From: Octopus sinensis
Taxonomy: Eukaryota
Assembly: GCF_006345805.1 (NCBI RefSeq)
Contig: NC_042997.1
Span: 65,038,001 to 65,102,000 of the forward strand
Direction of reading: 5' to 3'
DNA: 64,000 nt
Positions within the stretch are counted from its first letter, which is position 1; every line of letters starts with the position of its first letter. Shown here one piece after another: positions 1 through 11,559 of the stretch. A model generated the notes under the pieces. It worked only from the letters and a program-made list of their open reading frames with translations. It ran no database searches and had not been told where the DNA came from. A program made the position numbers and the translations under genes.

Positions 1-840
1 GGATATTTGATTATTTTTATCTGTTTCTCTTTTTTTTTTGTAGAGATATTAGTTATCATATTTCATTGGAATAAAATTATGGAGTGTTTTGATTGTGATC
101 TAGTAATAAGACATCAGGTGAAATTTAGGATACTCGAGTTGACTTAGTGAAAATTGATTTCAAGATACTACTCATATTCTAATTATTGGTCGGATGACTG
201 CATTCGAGAAAAAGAAAGTATTATCAAGTACATGTAATTCTAATAATAAAGCGCCTAAATAAAATTTAGATTTAACATATTGTCTATTTTCTTATGTTAG
301 CAAAAGGTCAAAGCTATAGATTTTCTTAAGATGAAAAACTTCGATTACATCGATGCTAACTTTTCAGCTGTACATTATTCGTCGACCGAGGCTACATATC
401 TTTCGACTCTAGCGGGATTTCAATTCAACAGTTTAAATGCTGTAACTAAAGGCTCGACATCAGAAATAGAACTTTTGGGTATACGCGTAAAACTAAAATA
501 CAGTTGTTAATAATTTGGGTGAATGCCTGCTACATTGCAACTAAATTATCAGAAGAGCGTTTCTGCTTTGTCTTCTTGAAATAACTATATAAAAAAATGT
601 ATGAATAGCATTTGCTTTCCAATATTGCTTTCTAGCTTGGGCAAACAAATATAGATTGCTTTGTGTGAAAGTAAAAAATAATCCACTATATCAACGCATG
701 GAGGGCAACGAAATGAAAAACAAAGCATCTCAAGTCAACAATGGTAGTATTAAAATTCAGAATATGAAATACTGTAACTATGAATCTGACAGTCCACCTT
801 ATTGTTTCGTAATATTAATCAGTTTAAAATAAGGATGTGA

Positions 841-1242
841 TAGTTCTGGGCAAAATTAAGAACAGAAGAATTTGACTAACGATGTTATTTTTTTGACTGA
901 CAATTCCTAGTAAGAAAGAATAAATAAGCAGACACAAGATATAAATAATGTCGAGTCGAAAATATATCTGTAATAGTTCTAGGCAAAATTAAGAACAGGG
1001 GAATTTGACTAATGATGTTACTTTTTTGACTGACAATTCCTAGTAAAAAAGAATAAATAAGCAGACACATGACATAAAGAATGTCGAGTCAAAAATATAT
1101 CTGTAATAGTTCAAGGCAAAATTAAGAATAGGGGAATTTGACTGATGATGTTATTTTTATTTTTTTTTACTGAAAATTCCTAGTAAAAAAGAATAAAAAG
1201 CTAACACAAGACATAAAGAGTGTCGAGTCGAAAATATATCTG
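841..1242. repeat. Minisatellite, 3 tandem copies of a ~133-bp unit
   Basis: Unit TAGTTC(T/A)(G/A)GGCAAAATTAAGAA...GTCGAGTC(G/A)AAAATATATCTG starts at 841, 974 and 1107, with scattered substitutions and a small T-run insertion in copy 3. Confidence 0.9.
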
Positions 1243-1278
1243 GATAACTGACTGTAGGTTATATGAAAATATACACTA

Positions 1279-1748
1279 TCTTATATTTGTTTCAGTCCAT
1301 TAAACTACGGCCATATTGGGGCCCAACCAAGAATATTTTTGTCGCGAAACTCGATCCCAGAATTTATTTTTCTTGTGAAGCTGGTGATTATTCTATCGGT
1401 CTCTTTGCGGAACACCTAATTTACGGGGAGGTAAACACACAAACACTGATTGTCAAGCAGTGGGGGTAGCGCAAACAGAGACGCAAAGACACACACGGAC
1501 ATACATACATACATATATATATATATGTGTGTGTGTGTGTGTATGTGTGTGTGTGTATGTGTGTGTGTGTGTGTGTATGTATATGTGTGTGTTTCTGTGT
1601 GGGGGGTGCGTGTGTGTGTGTGATGGTTTTCTTTCAGTTTCTCTCTACCGAATTCATTCATAAGGCTTGGTCGCCCTGGGGTTATAGAAGATACTTGTGC
1701 AATGTTCCACGCAGAACAATGTGGTGGGGAAGCAAGCTTCTTACCGCA
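1279..1748 (-). mobile_element. tRNA-derived SINE family A (diverged), internal (TA)/(GT) microsatellite
   Basis: Collinear with the better copy at 38459-38908 (TTGTTTCAGTC...TATTCTATCGGTCTCTTT...GTAAACACAC...AAGGCTTGGTCG...AGCAAGCT). Confidence 0.8.
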
Positions 1749-1810
1749 AATATGCACACACACACACAAACACACACACACACACACAAACGCATATATA
1801 AGTTCAGTCT

Positions 1811-1895
<85 letters not shown>

Positions 1896-2702
1896 TTATA
1901 TATAAACATACGTCTGATCCTGTATGTTCGTTTGTATGTACGTATATGTAAATATATGTCTGTGTGTCTGCGTGTGTTATTATATGTGAGTGCAATGTAT
2001 GTTCGAGCGTCGAGTGCAATGATATAACCTTGGAATCAGAGAACCATGTATATACACGAATTTAAACAGTAAAAAATTATGTTTACTATATTGATATAAC
2101 TATACAGTTGCGTGTTGGGGATGATAGTTTAGAAATGTGTACGCTTGCGGAAGAATTTCAGTATGATTGTACATTCGAGTATGTGTTACCTTCTTTGAGT
2201 ATATAATCTGTGTGTATGCCTATATCTTGGTAATAAATTGTATGTGTATATCTCTCCGTATACAGCATGGACGTACACCTACTTGATAATCAGTAATCCC
2301 ATATTACTCATCTCAAAACATCTAGTAAGAAGATTAGTTTTCCATTAATCTTACAAAAGTTAAAAGTTTGAATACAAAAATAGGCCATTGCTGGATTTAG
2401 CTTGAAGAAAGATATCCGCAAATACTATTTCAAAATATTAATTTTCTTGAAAATAAAAGCTAAAACAGAAAAATAACACGCATGTACGCAGGCACGCATA
2501 CATGCGCCACTACACATACACACATATGTGCATATTAACATTCACATACAAATACACACGCACACAGATAAATATGTACAGACATAGATATATCTCTTGG
2601 TATATATGTGTTTTTCTATATATGTGTGTCATCTCGTTTCAGAGAAAGACAGTTAAGGACTATTAAAGCCCATTCAAAAATTCATAAGTGCAATTTATTA
2701 AA

Positions 2703-3146
2703 TACTAGCAGCATAGCCCGGCGTTGCCCGGGTATGTAAGAGCCCCTAGTAGGCAACGACTAATCCCAATCTAGTCCTTTCCCTCTAGGGAACGAAGGCG
2801 CATGTGCAGGTTGCAATGTCTTCTCTTCACTCGAATACTTCTGTGTATACGATGTTCCTAGCTGTCCCTTTGGGCGATAAAAAGGTCGAGTTGTGTCCCC
2901 TAGGCAGAAAATGTGTTGCATATAAAAAGCTTAGATTCTCGACCCCCATGTCGAATTTATCGATTCTTTTCAGAACTGGGGAAACTTTTCAAAATTTTAG
3001 CTGCGTTAGTTTTGAATTATGACATTGGGCTATGTGTGTGTCAAGTTTCATCAGAATCGGTTGAAAGCCGTGGTCAGGGTGAGGGTACAACCTGACAGAC
3101 ACACAGACACACAGACAGACAAACTGCCGTTTATATATAGAAAGAT
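2703..3146 (+). mobile_element. HINE/DINE-1-like non-autonomous Helentron-associated element
   Basis: 5' TACTAGCAG..CCCGGCGTTGCCCGGG hairpin, AAGTTTCATCAGAATCGGTTGAAAGCCG block, (CAGA/CACA)n microsatellite, 3' TTTATATATAG..GAT end. This is the HINE/DINE-1 architecture as I recall it. Confidence 0.7.
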
Positions 3147-3362
3147 GCATGCAAATAGATTAGCTGTATCGATATTGTATCGGACAAAATTCCTGATGAG
3201 TGATTTCAAACTCCTACCAGTTTCGATTAATTAATGTACCATTCAAGTCCTGGGGTCATTATAAACGAGTATTTCTCTTTCTCAAATTTCAGGCATTGTG
3301 TAAGAAACAGAAATTATTGCAATTTAAGGTGGGACGTGACAGAACGGTTACTACACCGGAAG

Positions 3363-3540
3363 AAATATTTAGTGGCATTTCGTCTGTCTTTACGTTCTGA
3401 TTTCAAATCACGTCGAGGTTCACATTCGCCTTTCATCATTTCGGGGTGGATTGAATAAGGAACGTTTGAGTACTGGCGTCGATCTATCCAACTTTCCCCT
3501 CCTACAAAATTGCTAACCTTCTGGCAAAATTAGGACCCAT
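3363..3540 (+). mobile_element. tRNA-derived SINE family B monomer (diverged) ending in (TTA)n tail
   Basis: GGCATTTCGTCTGTCTTTACGTTCTGA...CGAGGTT...GCCTTTCATC matches the other family B copies. Confidence 0.75.
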
Positions 3541-3546
3541 TATTAC

Positions 3547-3598
<52 letters not shown>
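3541..3598. repeat. (TTA)n microsatellite, 3' flank of Dong-like LINE
   Basis: Direct reading. Confidence 0.95.
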
Positions 3599-3601
<3 letters not shown>

Positions 3602-5580
3602 TAGTTTTATTTTTATAGCGTGCTTTCACTTCACTACTGAGCGCAGCTCTGTGTGCCTTGGGTATGTGCTGTGATTTGTTGTGATGCTCTGATGGTTATT
3701 GTATGGAAAGTGTTCTGCGTAGGATGTGTGCAGTGCCTAGTAGTGCAATTTTCTGTATGTTATATGTGTTTGTAAGTCCTGGTGTTTTTGTTATGTATCT
3801 GTCTGAATATTTTTTATCATGCCTAATGCACCTACTATGATAGGAATTGTTTCTGTTTTCAGGTTCCACATTCTAGTTACCTCTATTTCCAGGTCTTTGT
3901 ATTTTGAGAGTTTCTCCATTTCTTTTAGAGACACGTTGTCATCTGCCGGTATTGATACATCAATTAGAAAGCATTTTTTTCTTCATGATCTCTGACAACT
4001 ATATCTGGTCTGTTGGCCTTAATTTCTCTATCTGTGTGTATCGGCATATCCCAGAGTATGGTTGCTTTCTCGTTTTCTGTGACCTTTTCTGGTGTGTGCC
4101 TATACCATCTTTTTTCTGTTGTTATTCCATAATGTTGGCATAGCTTCCAATGTATGTAGGTTCCAACTCTGTCATGTCTGTGAATATATTCCTTCTTAGC
4201 CAGGACTGGGCAGCTAGAGATAATATGATTTATTGTTTCTTGTCCATCTCCACATATTCTGCAGTTACTTGTAATATTTCTTTTCATTACATGTTTTTGG
4301 TAATTTCTGGTGGGGAGGCTTTGGTCTTGTGCTGCAATTAAAAATCCCTCTGTCTCTGCTTTGAGTCCTGAGCTTCTCAACCATTGCTGGGATTTTTCTT
4401 TGTCTATTTCTTTTGCGTTTAGTTTAGTGCAGTATTTACCATGAAGGGGCTTTTCTTGCCATCGTTTTATCATGGCTCGTTGGTGTTCTATTTTTAGTTT
4501 GGATTTCATTTGTTTTATAGCTTTTGTTGTTTCTTCATCATCTTCTTCTTCTTTATGTTTATTAGGTGGTATGATTTCTTGTTTGTATTTGTCAGCTTCC
4601 TTAAATACTGAGAACAGTTTTTTGTTTTGCTCGTGTTTTGCTGCTATCTGGATCAGTTTTCCTTCCTTCTGAAGTAGGTATTTTTGCAGTCCTATGGTGG
4701 TTATTTTATAGTAGTTTTCCAGCTGTATAAGGCCTCTACCACCTTCTATACGTTGTATATATAGTCTTTCTATGTCAGATTTTGGGTGATGCATCCTAGA
4801 TCCTGTCAGTATTTTTCTTGTTTTCCTATCTATTTTGGACAGTTCATTTCGTGTCCAGTTAAGGATATTGTAGCTGTAACTTATAACTGGGACAGCTAAA
4901 GTGTTGATACCTATTATCTTGTTTTTAGCATTGAGCTCTGTTTTTAGTATTGATCTAACTCGTCTATAATATTCTTTTTTTATTTTCTCTTTCATTTGTG
5001 TGTGTTATTCCTAAGTATTTGTAAGTTTGGCTTTGGTCTAATTCTTTTATTTCATTGGTTTTATCTAGTGTGATGTTGTTACTCTTAACTAGTTTTCCTC
5101 TTTTCATGGTTACTTTGGCGTATTTTTCTAATCCAAATTTCATATCCATTTCTTTGGTAAATCCATGAACTGTCTTTAATAGTGTTTCCAGCTGTTTGTC
5201 ATTTGCAGCGTATAGTTTTAGGTCATCCATATATAAAAGGTGGCTGATCGTTTTGCCGTAACATTTATATCCGCATCCAGTTATATTTAGCATATCAGAT
5301 AGAGGTGACAGTGCCAAGCAGAAAAGGAGTGGAGAGAGCGTGTCTCCCTGGAATATTCCTCTTCTAATGGGGATGTCTTTGGTTTTCATGAGTCCCTCTT
5401 TTGTTTGGAGGTGTAGGACTGTTTGCCATTTATTCATAGAGTGCTCTATGAATTTTATGATTGTTGGTGCTACTTTGTTAATGGCTAGTGTTTCGAGGAT
5501 CCATGTGTGGGGGATGCTATCAAACGCCTTTTTGTAGTCAATCCAGGCCATACTGAGGCCTTTCTTCTTTCTGTGGCTGT
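3599..5580 (-). mobile_element. R4/Dong-clade non-LTR retrotransposon, 5'-truncated and frameshifted (RT + CCHC finger + REL endonuclease)
   Basis: ORF 4964-5551 has RT motifs (DYKKAFDS, GIFQGDTLSPLLF, LLYMDDLKL, YKYLG). ORF 3964-4995 has CRICGDGQETINHIISSC, RHD and NRPDIVV. The REL continues after a -1 slip in an A-run (DVSVP..KLSKYKDL..IIVGALG). (TAA)n on both sides. Confidence 0.92.
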
Positions 5581-5581
5581 C

Positions 5582-5639
<58 letters not shown>

Positions 5640-5706
5640 CATTATTATTATTATTATCATTATTATTATTATCATCATTATTATCATCATCATCATTATT
5701 CTTATT
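5582..5706. repeat. (TTA)/(TCA) microsatellite at the 5' junction of the LINE
   Basis: Direct reading. Confidence 0.95.
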
Positions 5707-5708
5707 AA

Positions 5709-6103
5709 AGTCGGCGAGCTGGCAGAAACGTTAGCACGCCGGGCGAAATGCGTAGCCGTGTTTCGTCTGCCGCTACGTTCTGAGTTCAAATTCCACCGAG
5801 GTCGACTTTGTCTTTCATCCTTTCAGGGTCGATTAAATAAGTACCAGTTACGCACTGGGGTCGATATAATCGACTGAATCCGTTTATCTGTCCTTGTTTG
5901 TCCTTTCTGTCTTTAGCCCCTTGTGGGTAGTAAAGAAATAGGTATTTCGTCTGCCGCTACGTTCTGAGTTCAAATTTCGTCGAGATTGACTTCGCCTTTC
6001 ATCCTTTCGGGGTCGTTTAATAATTCCATTTTTACACTGGGGTCGATGTAATCGAGTTAAACCCCTCCCGAAATTTGAGGCCTTAGGCTTCCAGTAGAAA
6101 GGA
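5709..6103 (+). mobile_element. SINE family B, dimeric copy
   Basis: Head GGCGAGCTGGCAGAAACGTTAGC, B-box-like GAGTTCAAATTCC, body GGTCGACTTTG(C/T)CTTTCATCCTTT, linker, then a second monomer restarting at GGTATTTCGTCTGCCGCTACG (~5941). Confidence 0.85.
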
Positions 6104-6129
6104 TTATTATTATTATTATTATTATTATT

Positions 6130-6640
6130 GAGTGAGCAGTGCATGCTATCCAAGCGACACTGGGGTAAAATATACGAAGCCCAGTATATCCATCATGATT
6201 ACCCATCTGATAAGGGTACACTAGGCACATCAAGATAAACAGTACATGACCTTGCAGGTGGGACCCAGTTAGAATTTTCTTCTCGTCGAGTAGCCTATCC
6301 CGCTCAAAAGGTCCCTGAATAACGATTGTTTACGGATGTTGAACGAACCACTCATGTTTCCAATGCTGAATTATGGAAACCTCTAAGAATTCCTTTCAAC
6401 ACACGGCTATGATGTTCCCCCACTACTTCTGCTTGTGATCAGAAATGCATATATCGTCAGCTACTAAGGGACATGGTCAACAGGTTAAGTTCAAACAACT
6501 AACAAGCAAATCTGTGGTATTGAGTGGAATATTTGCTGTAGCCCATCATTTATACCAAGACAAAACAATGTACATGATAACACTTCCAATCAATTCAGAT
6601 CAGAAGCCATAAGAGCCACTGTCTTGTACTGCATCAGGGC
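6130..6640 (-). mobile_element. Non-coding interspersed repeat (~510 bp) embedded in (AAT)n/(GAT)n, probable non-autonomous retroelement
   Basis: Higher-GC block bounded exactly by (ATT)n and (CAT)n(TAT)n, no ORF. It resembles a repeat I recall from octopus sequence (not verified). Confidence 0.5.
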
Positions 6641-6659
6641 ATCATCATCATCATCATCA

Positions 6660-6701
<42 letters not shown>

Positions 6702-6702
<1 letters not shown>

Positions 6703-7038
6703 GGGTGTTTCTTCTTCTTTCAAATTTGCCTCCATTTCTTGCCGAATGTCTTCCCGACTCCTAGGGCAAAGAAACTCATAGTATACATTGCTAGGCCATT
6801 AAACTAAACTCACTAGTTCGTTCATTGTTTTTTGGATAGAAATAAAGTTAAATTAAAATGCATGGGTAGTAATAATTCTCACATCGACAATGCTCTTCTC
6901 AATACGTGTGATGTACCAGTTAAGACAATCTTTTGCACATCTTGCAGGGATGGTAAGCCAGAGATCATTCTCATATAATTTTCGGTTCCCTTCTTGATCA
7001 TTCCTAGTGCTCCTACGCTCACTGGTATTGTAACCGCC
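6702..7038 (-). mobile_element. 3' end of a second R4/Dong-type LINE subfamily (REL C-terminus + 3'UTR)
   Basis: Translates as AVTIPVSVGALGMIKKG...VQKIVLTGTSHVLRRALSM*, flanked by (TAA)n on both sides. Confidence 0.85.
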
Positions 7039-7061
7039 TTATTATTATTATTATTATTATG

Positions 7062-7098
<37 letters not shown>

Positions 7099-7120
7099 AT
7101 TATTATTATTTTTATTATTA

Positions 7121-7175
<55 letters not shown>

Positions 7176-7177
7176 CA

Positions 7178-7221
<44 letters not shown>
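7039..7221. repeat. (TTA)n microsatellite, ~180 bp
   Basis: Direct reading. Confidence 0.95.
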
Positions 7222-7224
<3 letters not shown>

Positions 7225-7714
7225 TAGTTTTATTTTTATTTTTATAGCGTGCTTTCACTTCACTACCGAGCGCAGCTCTGTGTGCCTTGGGTATGTGCTG
7301 TGATTTGTTGTGATGCTCTGATGGTTATTGTATGGAAAGTGTTCTGCGTAGGATGTGTGCAGTGCCTAGTAGTGCAATTTTCTGTATGTTATATGTGTTT
7401 GTAAGTCCTGGTGTTTTTGTTATGTATTTGTCTGAATATTTTTTATCATGCCTAATGCACCTACTATGATAGGAATTGTTTCTGTTTTCAGATTCCACAT
7501 TCTAGTTACCTCTATTTCCAGGTCTTTGTATTTTGAGAGTTTCTCCATTTCTTTTAGAGACACGTTGTCATCTGCCGGTACTGATACATCAATTAGAAAG
7601 CATTTTTTTTCTTCATGGTCTCTGACAACTATATCTGGTCTGTTGGCCTTAATTTCTCTATCTGTGTGTATCGGCATATCCCAGAGTATGGTTGCTTTCT
7701 CGTTTTCTGTGACC
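7222..7714 (-). mobile_element. Short 3' copy of the same Dong-like LINE as 3599-5580
   Basis: Near-identical to 3599-4084 (a handful of substitutions/indels). The REL frame is intact here (ATILWDMP..RPDIVV..KKCFLIDVSVP..KYKDL). Confidence 0.92.
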
Positions 7715-7767
7715 GGAAATTTCTGGAACGGAAATGAATTCAAGAGGGTGAAATGTATATTGGAGAA

Positions 7768-7912
7768 ATGATGGAAAAATTTGGTATTAAACATTCGTAG
7801 AACTGTCCAGCAAGTAATTAATTTGCGGGCAGTCCTATTAAATAGGACTGCCCGCAAATTAATTACTTGCTGGACAGTTCTACGAATGTTTAATACCAAA
7901 TTTTTCCATCAT
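7768..7912. repeat. Perfect palindrome, 72-bp arms, 1-nt centre
   Basis: 7768-7839 is the exact reverse complement of 7841-7912. Confidence 0.95.
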
Positions 7913-8224
7913 ATTAGTAGATGTATCACAAATAACCACAAGAACTACATAAATACATAAGAAATATACCACCTCCAAACTATATTGATATATGATGAAT
8001 TACAGATATATTCCCACCAACAATGTAATGCATATAAACAACTGCGTGCGTTGAAATAAAAACACACGCATACAGAGACATAAATTTAAGTCAATACGTT
8101 TACATACTGTTATATATTCAATCTGTTATATTACTTTCCCCTATCATAAATCATAATATAACAAAATATCCATAAAAAATAATATGCGTAATTGTAGATA
8201 ATATAAATTTCCAAATATGTTGGT

Positions 8225-8437
8225 GATATGGAAGTATCGTTAGTGCACCGGGCAAACTACTTTGCAACATTTCCCCGGTCTGTATGATCTGAGTTCAAAT
8301 TCCGGCTGAGGTCAACTTTGCCTTTCAGTCTCTCTGGTTCGATAACTTAAGCACGTGTTGAGCGCTGGAGTCCATGTAATCGACTAACCCGCTCGCCCAA
8401 AATTTCTGTCGTTGTAGCAAATTTAGAAACAAATATA
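8225..8437 (+). mobile_element. SINE family B (diverged)
   Basis: CTGAGTTCAAATTCCGGCTGAGGTCAACTTTGCCTTTCA...GTAATCGACTAACC...TTTAGAAAC. Confidence 0.75.
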
Positions 8438-9263
8438 TATTCAAAAATACACCACAGTCTCAATGTTTTATTGAAATGCCTTCAAACTGTTAAAGATCGT
8501 TTGGATATGGGACAAATATAAAAAAAAATTGCCATCAATTTATTTGCATTATATGACAATTAACTAATCTTATATATCCTGTGTTACCTGCAGAAATCAA
8601 TTCCGAATTCCGATTGCGAATTTAGTATATATGTTCTCTAACATATGCTATGAGGTAACATAAAGCTAAGATCTACTTAGATTTACTTTGTATTCCTAAT
8701 GAGCTATTATTTTTATTATTTTATAGAATAATTATTATCATAATAGAATTAGCGTGAAACAATTTTATTACAACACGCCCAAAGTTGTCTGGCAATAAGG
8801 ATGCCATGCTAATCTATAACACTTGATTTGTCGTCACTTCAACCTAAAAGATGCAGAAATATCATCTGCTATGTAACTTCTGTTTCGTTAAATGTTAAAG
8901 CAAAATATTAAAATTGAAGCCTGTAGTTTTGATTGATAATTATTTTCCCCGCTAATAATAGTAAGCTTTCTTTTGAATAAATGAGAACATGCCATACTGC
9001 TCACGTATTTAATACGCATGTGTAAAGTATTCAATGGCTATTAACTATAAGTGAGCTCATCTGTCAGGTCGTCTTTTCCATACAGCAAAGGGTATAAAAT
9101 CACCTTCCACACTCCTACTATTAAATGTAACAGTTTAGTTACCGGCTATCAGAATGTACTGGGCTGCATGTTACAATTAGCGCTCTCGAGCGAAATGACA
9201 TGCACATATATAAATGCACACATACAAATAAACACACCTACACATATGCGTGTGCGTATGCCC

Positions 9264-9269
9264 AACTAT

Positions 9270-9339
<70 letters not shown>

Positions 9340-9351
9340 CTCTCTCTCTCT

Positions 9352-9392
<41 letters not shown>
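9264..9392. repeat. (CTAT)n-(CT)n-(TA)n compound microsatellite
   Basis: Direct reading. Confidence 0.95.
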
Positions 9393-9396
<4 letters not shown>

Positions 9397-9494
9397 TGTC
9401 ATCATCTTCGGATTGAGCCAAATCTATTATGCGGGAAATAAATTAATTTACCTCCTTGGTTGTAGGAACTTGCTCAATAAACATCTACACATGC

Positions 9495-9550
<56 letters not shown>

Positions 9551-9649
9551 TGTGTAGATGTTTATTGAGCAAGTTCCTACAACCAAGGAGGTAAATTAAT
9601 TTATTTCCCGCATAATAGATTTGGCTCAATCCGAAGATGATGACATATT
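9393..9649. repeat. Perfect inverted duplication (~104-bp unique arms) around a central (TA)n
   Basis: AATATGTCATCATC...CACATGCAT-(TA)n-ATGCATGTG...GATGATGACATATT, no mismatch seen between the arms. Confidence 0.95.
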
Positions 9650-9894
9650 GAAAAGAAGACATATTTATCAACACTGAAATGTCATTAGCATATATCACCT
9701 TACTCAGATGCACTTTACACATATCACTGAAGATATGCTACTTCTGTATGAGTTTAAAATTGAAATTAAGATTAATTCAGATATTCTGCGTCAGACTATT
9801 GCCAGAATAAATTTGTAGATCGTTAACTAAATGTTTTTCAACAGCCGATTAAAACGTCATAAATAATCACACTTTCACAAGCTAAAATATATTC

Positions 9895-10025
9895 TTTTCC
9901 CCTCTAGGCACAAGACTCGAAATTTTGATGGAGGGGGACAGTCGATTAGATTGACTCCAGTACACAACTGGTACTTAATTTATTGACCCCGAGAGAATGA
10001 AAGGCAAAGTCGACCTCGGAAGAAT
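9895..10025 (-). mobile_element. SINE family B fragment
   Basis: CTAGGCACAAG...CAACTGGTACTTAATTTATTGACCCC...GAAAGGCAAAGTCGACCTCGG is the reverse of the family B body. Confidence 0.8.
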
Positions 10026-10345
10026 TTCCCCCAAAATTTCGCGCCTTGTGCCTAGAGTAAAAAACATTATTTTTTGTAAGTGCGGTGATTCTTCCAGGCA
10101 TTGGTGATGGAATTTGCCGTTATCAATGCAACCTGAGATGTCAGCACTTTGTGTACCTTTGTTCTAGTCATTTACATTGTAGAGGAATAATGCATATATT
10201 GGAAATTGCAGGACATATGCATATATCATAAAGTCTATGTTTGTTTGTGGGAGTTGTAAATTTTTTATAGAACAATAGTTTAATAACGACATATTTTCAT
10301 TACAAAGCTGTAAGATTATTTTGTATCCCTTTTCTTTAACTCATA

Positions 10346-10705
10346 GGTGTAGGCGTGGGTGTGTGGCGATAAGCTTGCTTCCCAACCACATGGTTCCGGT
10401 TTCAGTCCGACAACACAGTACATTGGGCAAGTGTCTCCTACTACATCCACGGGCCGACCAAAGACTTGTGAGTGGATTTGGAAGGCGGAAACTGAAAGTC
10501 CGCCATAGTGTGTGTGTATTTACGCGTGTGTGGTTTTGTTGCAATGTTTGACCTCCCCCATCATCGATGTTGGTGCGTTTACGTCCCAACAACTTAGCGG
10601 TTCGGCATAAGAGACCGGTAGAATAAATACTAGGCTTACAAAGAATAAGTCCTGGGGTCAATTTCTTCGCCTAATAAAATCTTTAAAGCGATGCTTCAGC
10701 GTTTA
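10346..10705 (+). mobile_element. SINE family A
   Basis: tRNA-like head (GTGTGG..AAGCTTGCTTCCCAACCACATGGTTCCGGTTTCAGTCC), GGGCAAGTGTC, GTGAGTGGATTTGG..CGGAAACTGAAAG, AACTTAGCGGTTCGGCA, AATAAGTCCTGGGGTC. Confidence 0.85.
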
Positions 10706-11559
10706 TAGAAGGGGAAAATTCTTTCGAACATGAATGTTACGATGTTCATTCCAGAAGTGTTTTATTTTTTATTTTTAGTAGAAATAATTATAACTGTAGC
10801 AGATTATTGTAATTTTAGTATATCATTACGATACATCTAATAAGGTGACCTCACAACTTTTGTTTTTCCAGGCTGAAGGAATGTAATAACACATGGAGCA
10901 CATCCTACTTATCACTATTTCTGACTTCTGCTTCATTTTCTCAATGTCTTCCAACCAACTGCGCCTAAGTTCTCACTCAGCTTGAAGAAAAAGCAAAATT
11001 CACGGGGTGTAAGTTCTCTACAGCAGGGAGGGAGAGGGAAATTTTGATGCACATCTCTCTGAAGTAGATGGTTACCAGGATAGTCGTCACTGTATAGCGG
11101 TACCACATCAATTTCAAACTGTATGGTTATAGACACAGGGCGATCTTTACATAGCGAATTTTTTCAGCTTTGATGTTCTATCGTCCTTCTCCATCCCACA
11201 CCACTCATTATCTCTCCCCTCCTCTCTACCGTCCTTGGACCTCTTATGCCAGTGAAGACTTTAATCCATAAGCATCCAGGATCATATCAAAAATTTCTGT
11301 AGGGTGTTTTCCCAGTTTAACAAAAAAAACTTTATTGCATAAGTGAGCTTCCAAACATCCGGACAGTTATCTGCAAATTAGTCAGCTGTGACAAGCAGTG
11401 TTGAAAATGTGGTTACGACAGTCTCTTTCACTTTAAAATATGGACAGTTGAGGGGATCAGCTTATTAGATATATAGTAATGCTAATCTAAAATTACATTA
11501 AGCTCTGACAGTCATAACTGCCACTCCAAAAATGTTTCAAAACGCCTGGTATATGAGAT

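Noticed and set aside
6560-6640. Resemblance of the 510-bp repeat end to U2 snRNA or an HDV-like ribozyme
   Set aside because: Only short patchy matches. I could not build the nested pseudoknot or a U2 alignment.
9628-9690. CCGAAGA...GAAATGTCATT as a fifth hammerhead
   Set aside because: Stem II cannot be closed directly before GAAA and two core positions deviate. Too degenerate to call.
10862-11140. Possible host exon after a TTTTTCCAG acceptor-like site
   Set aside because: All three plus frames stop within about 30 codons, and the minus-strand ORF has no recognisable motif.
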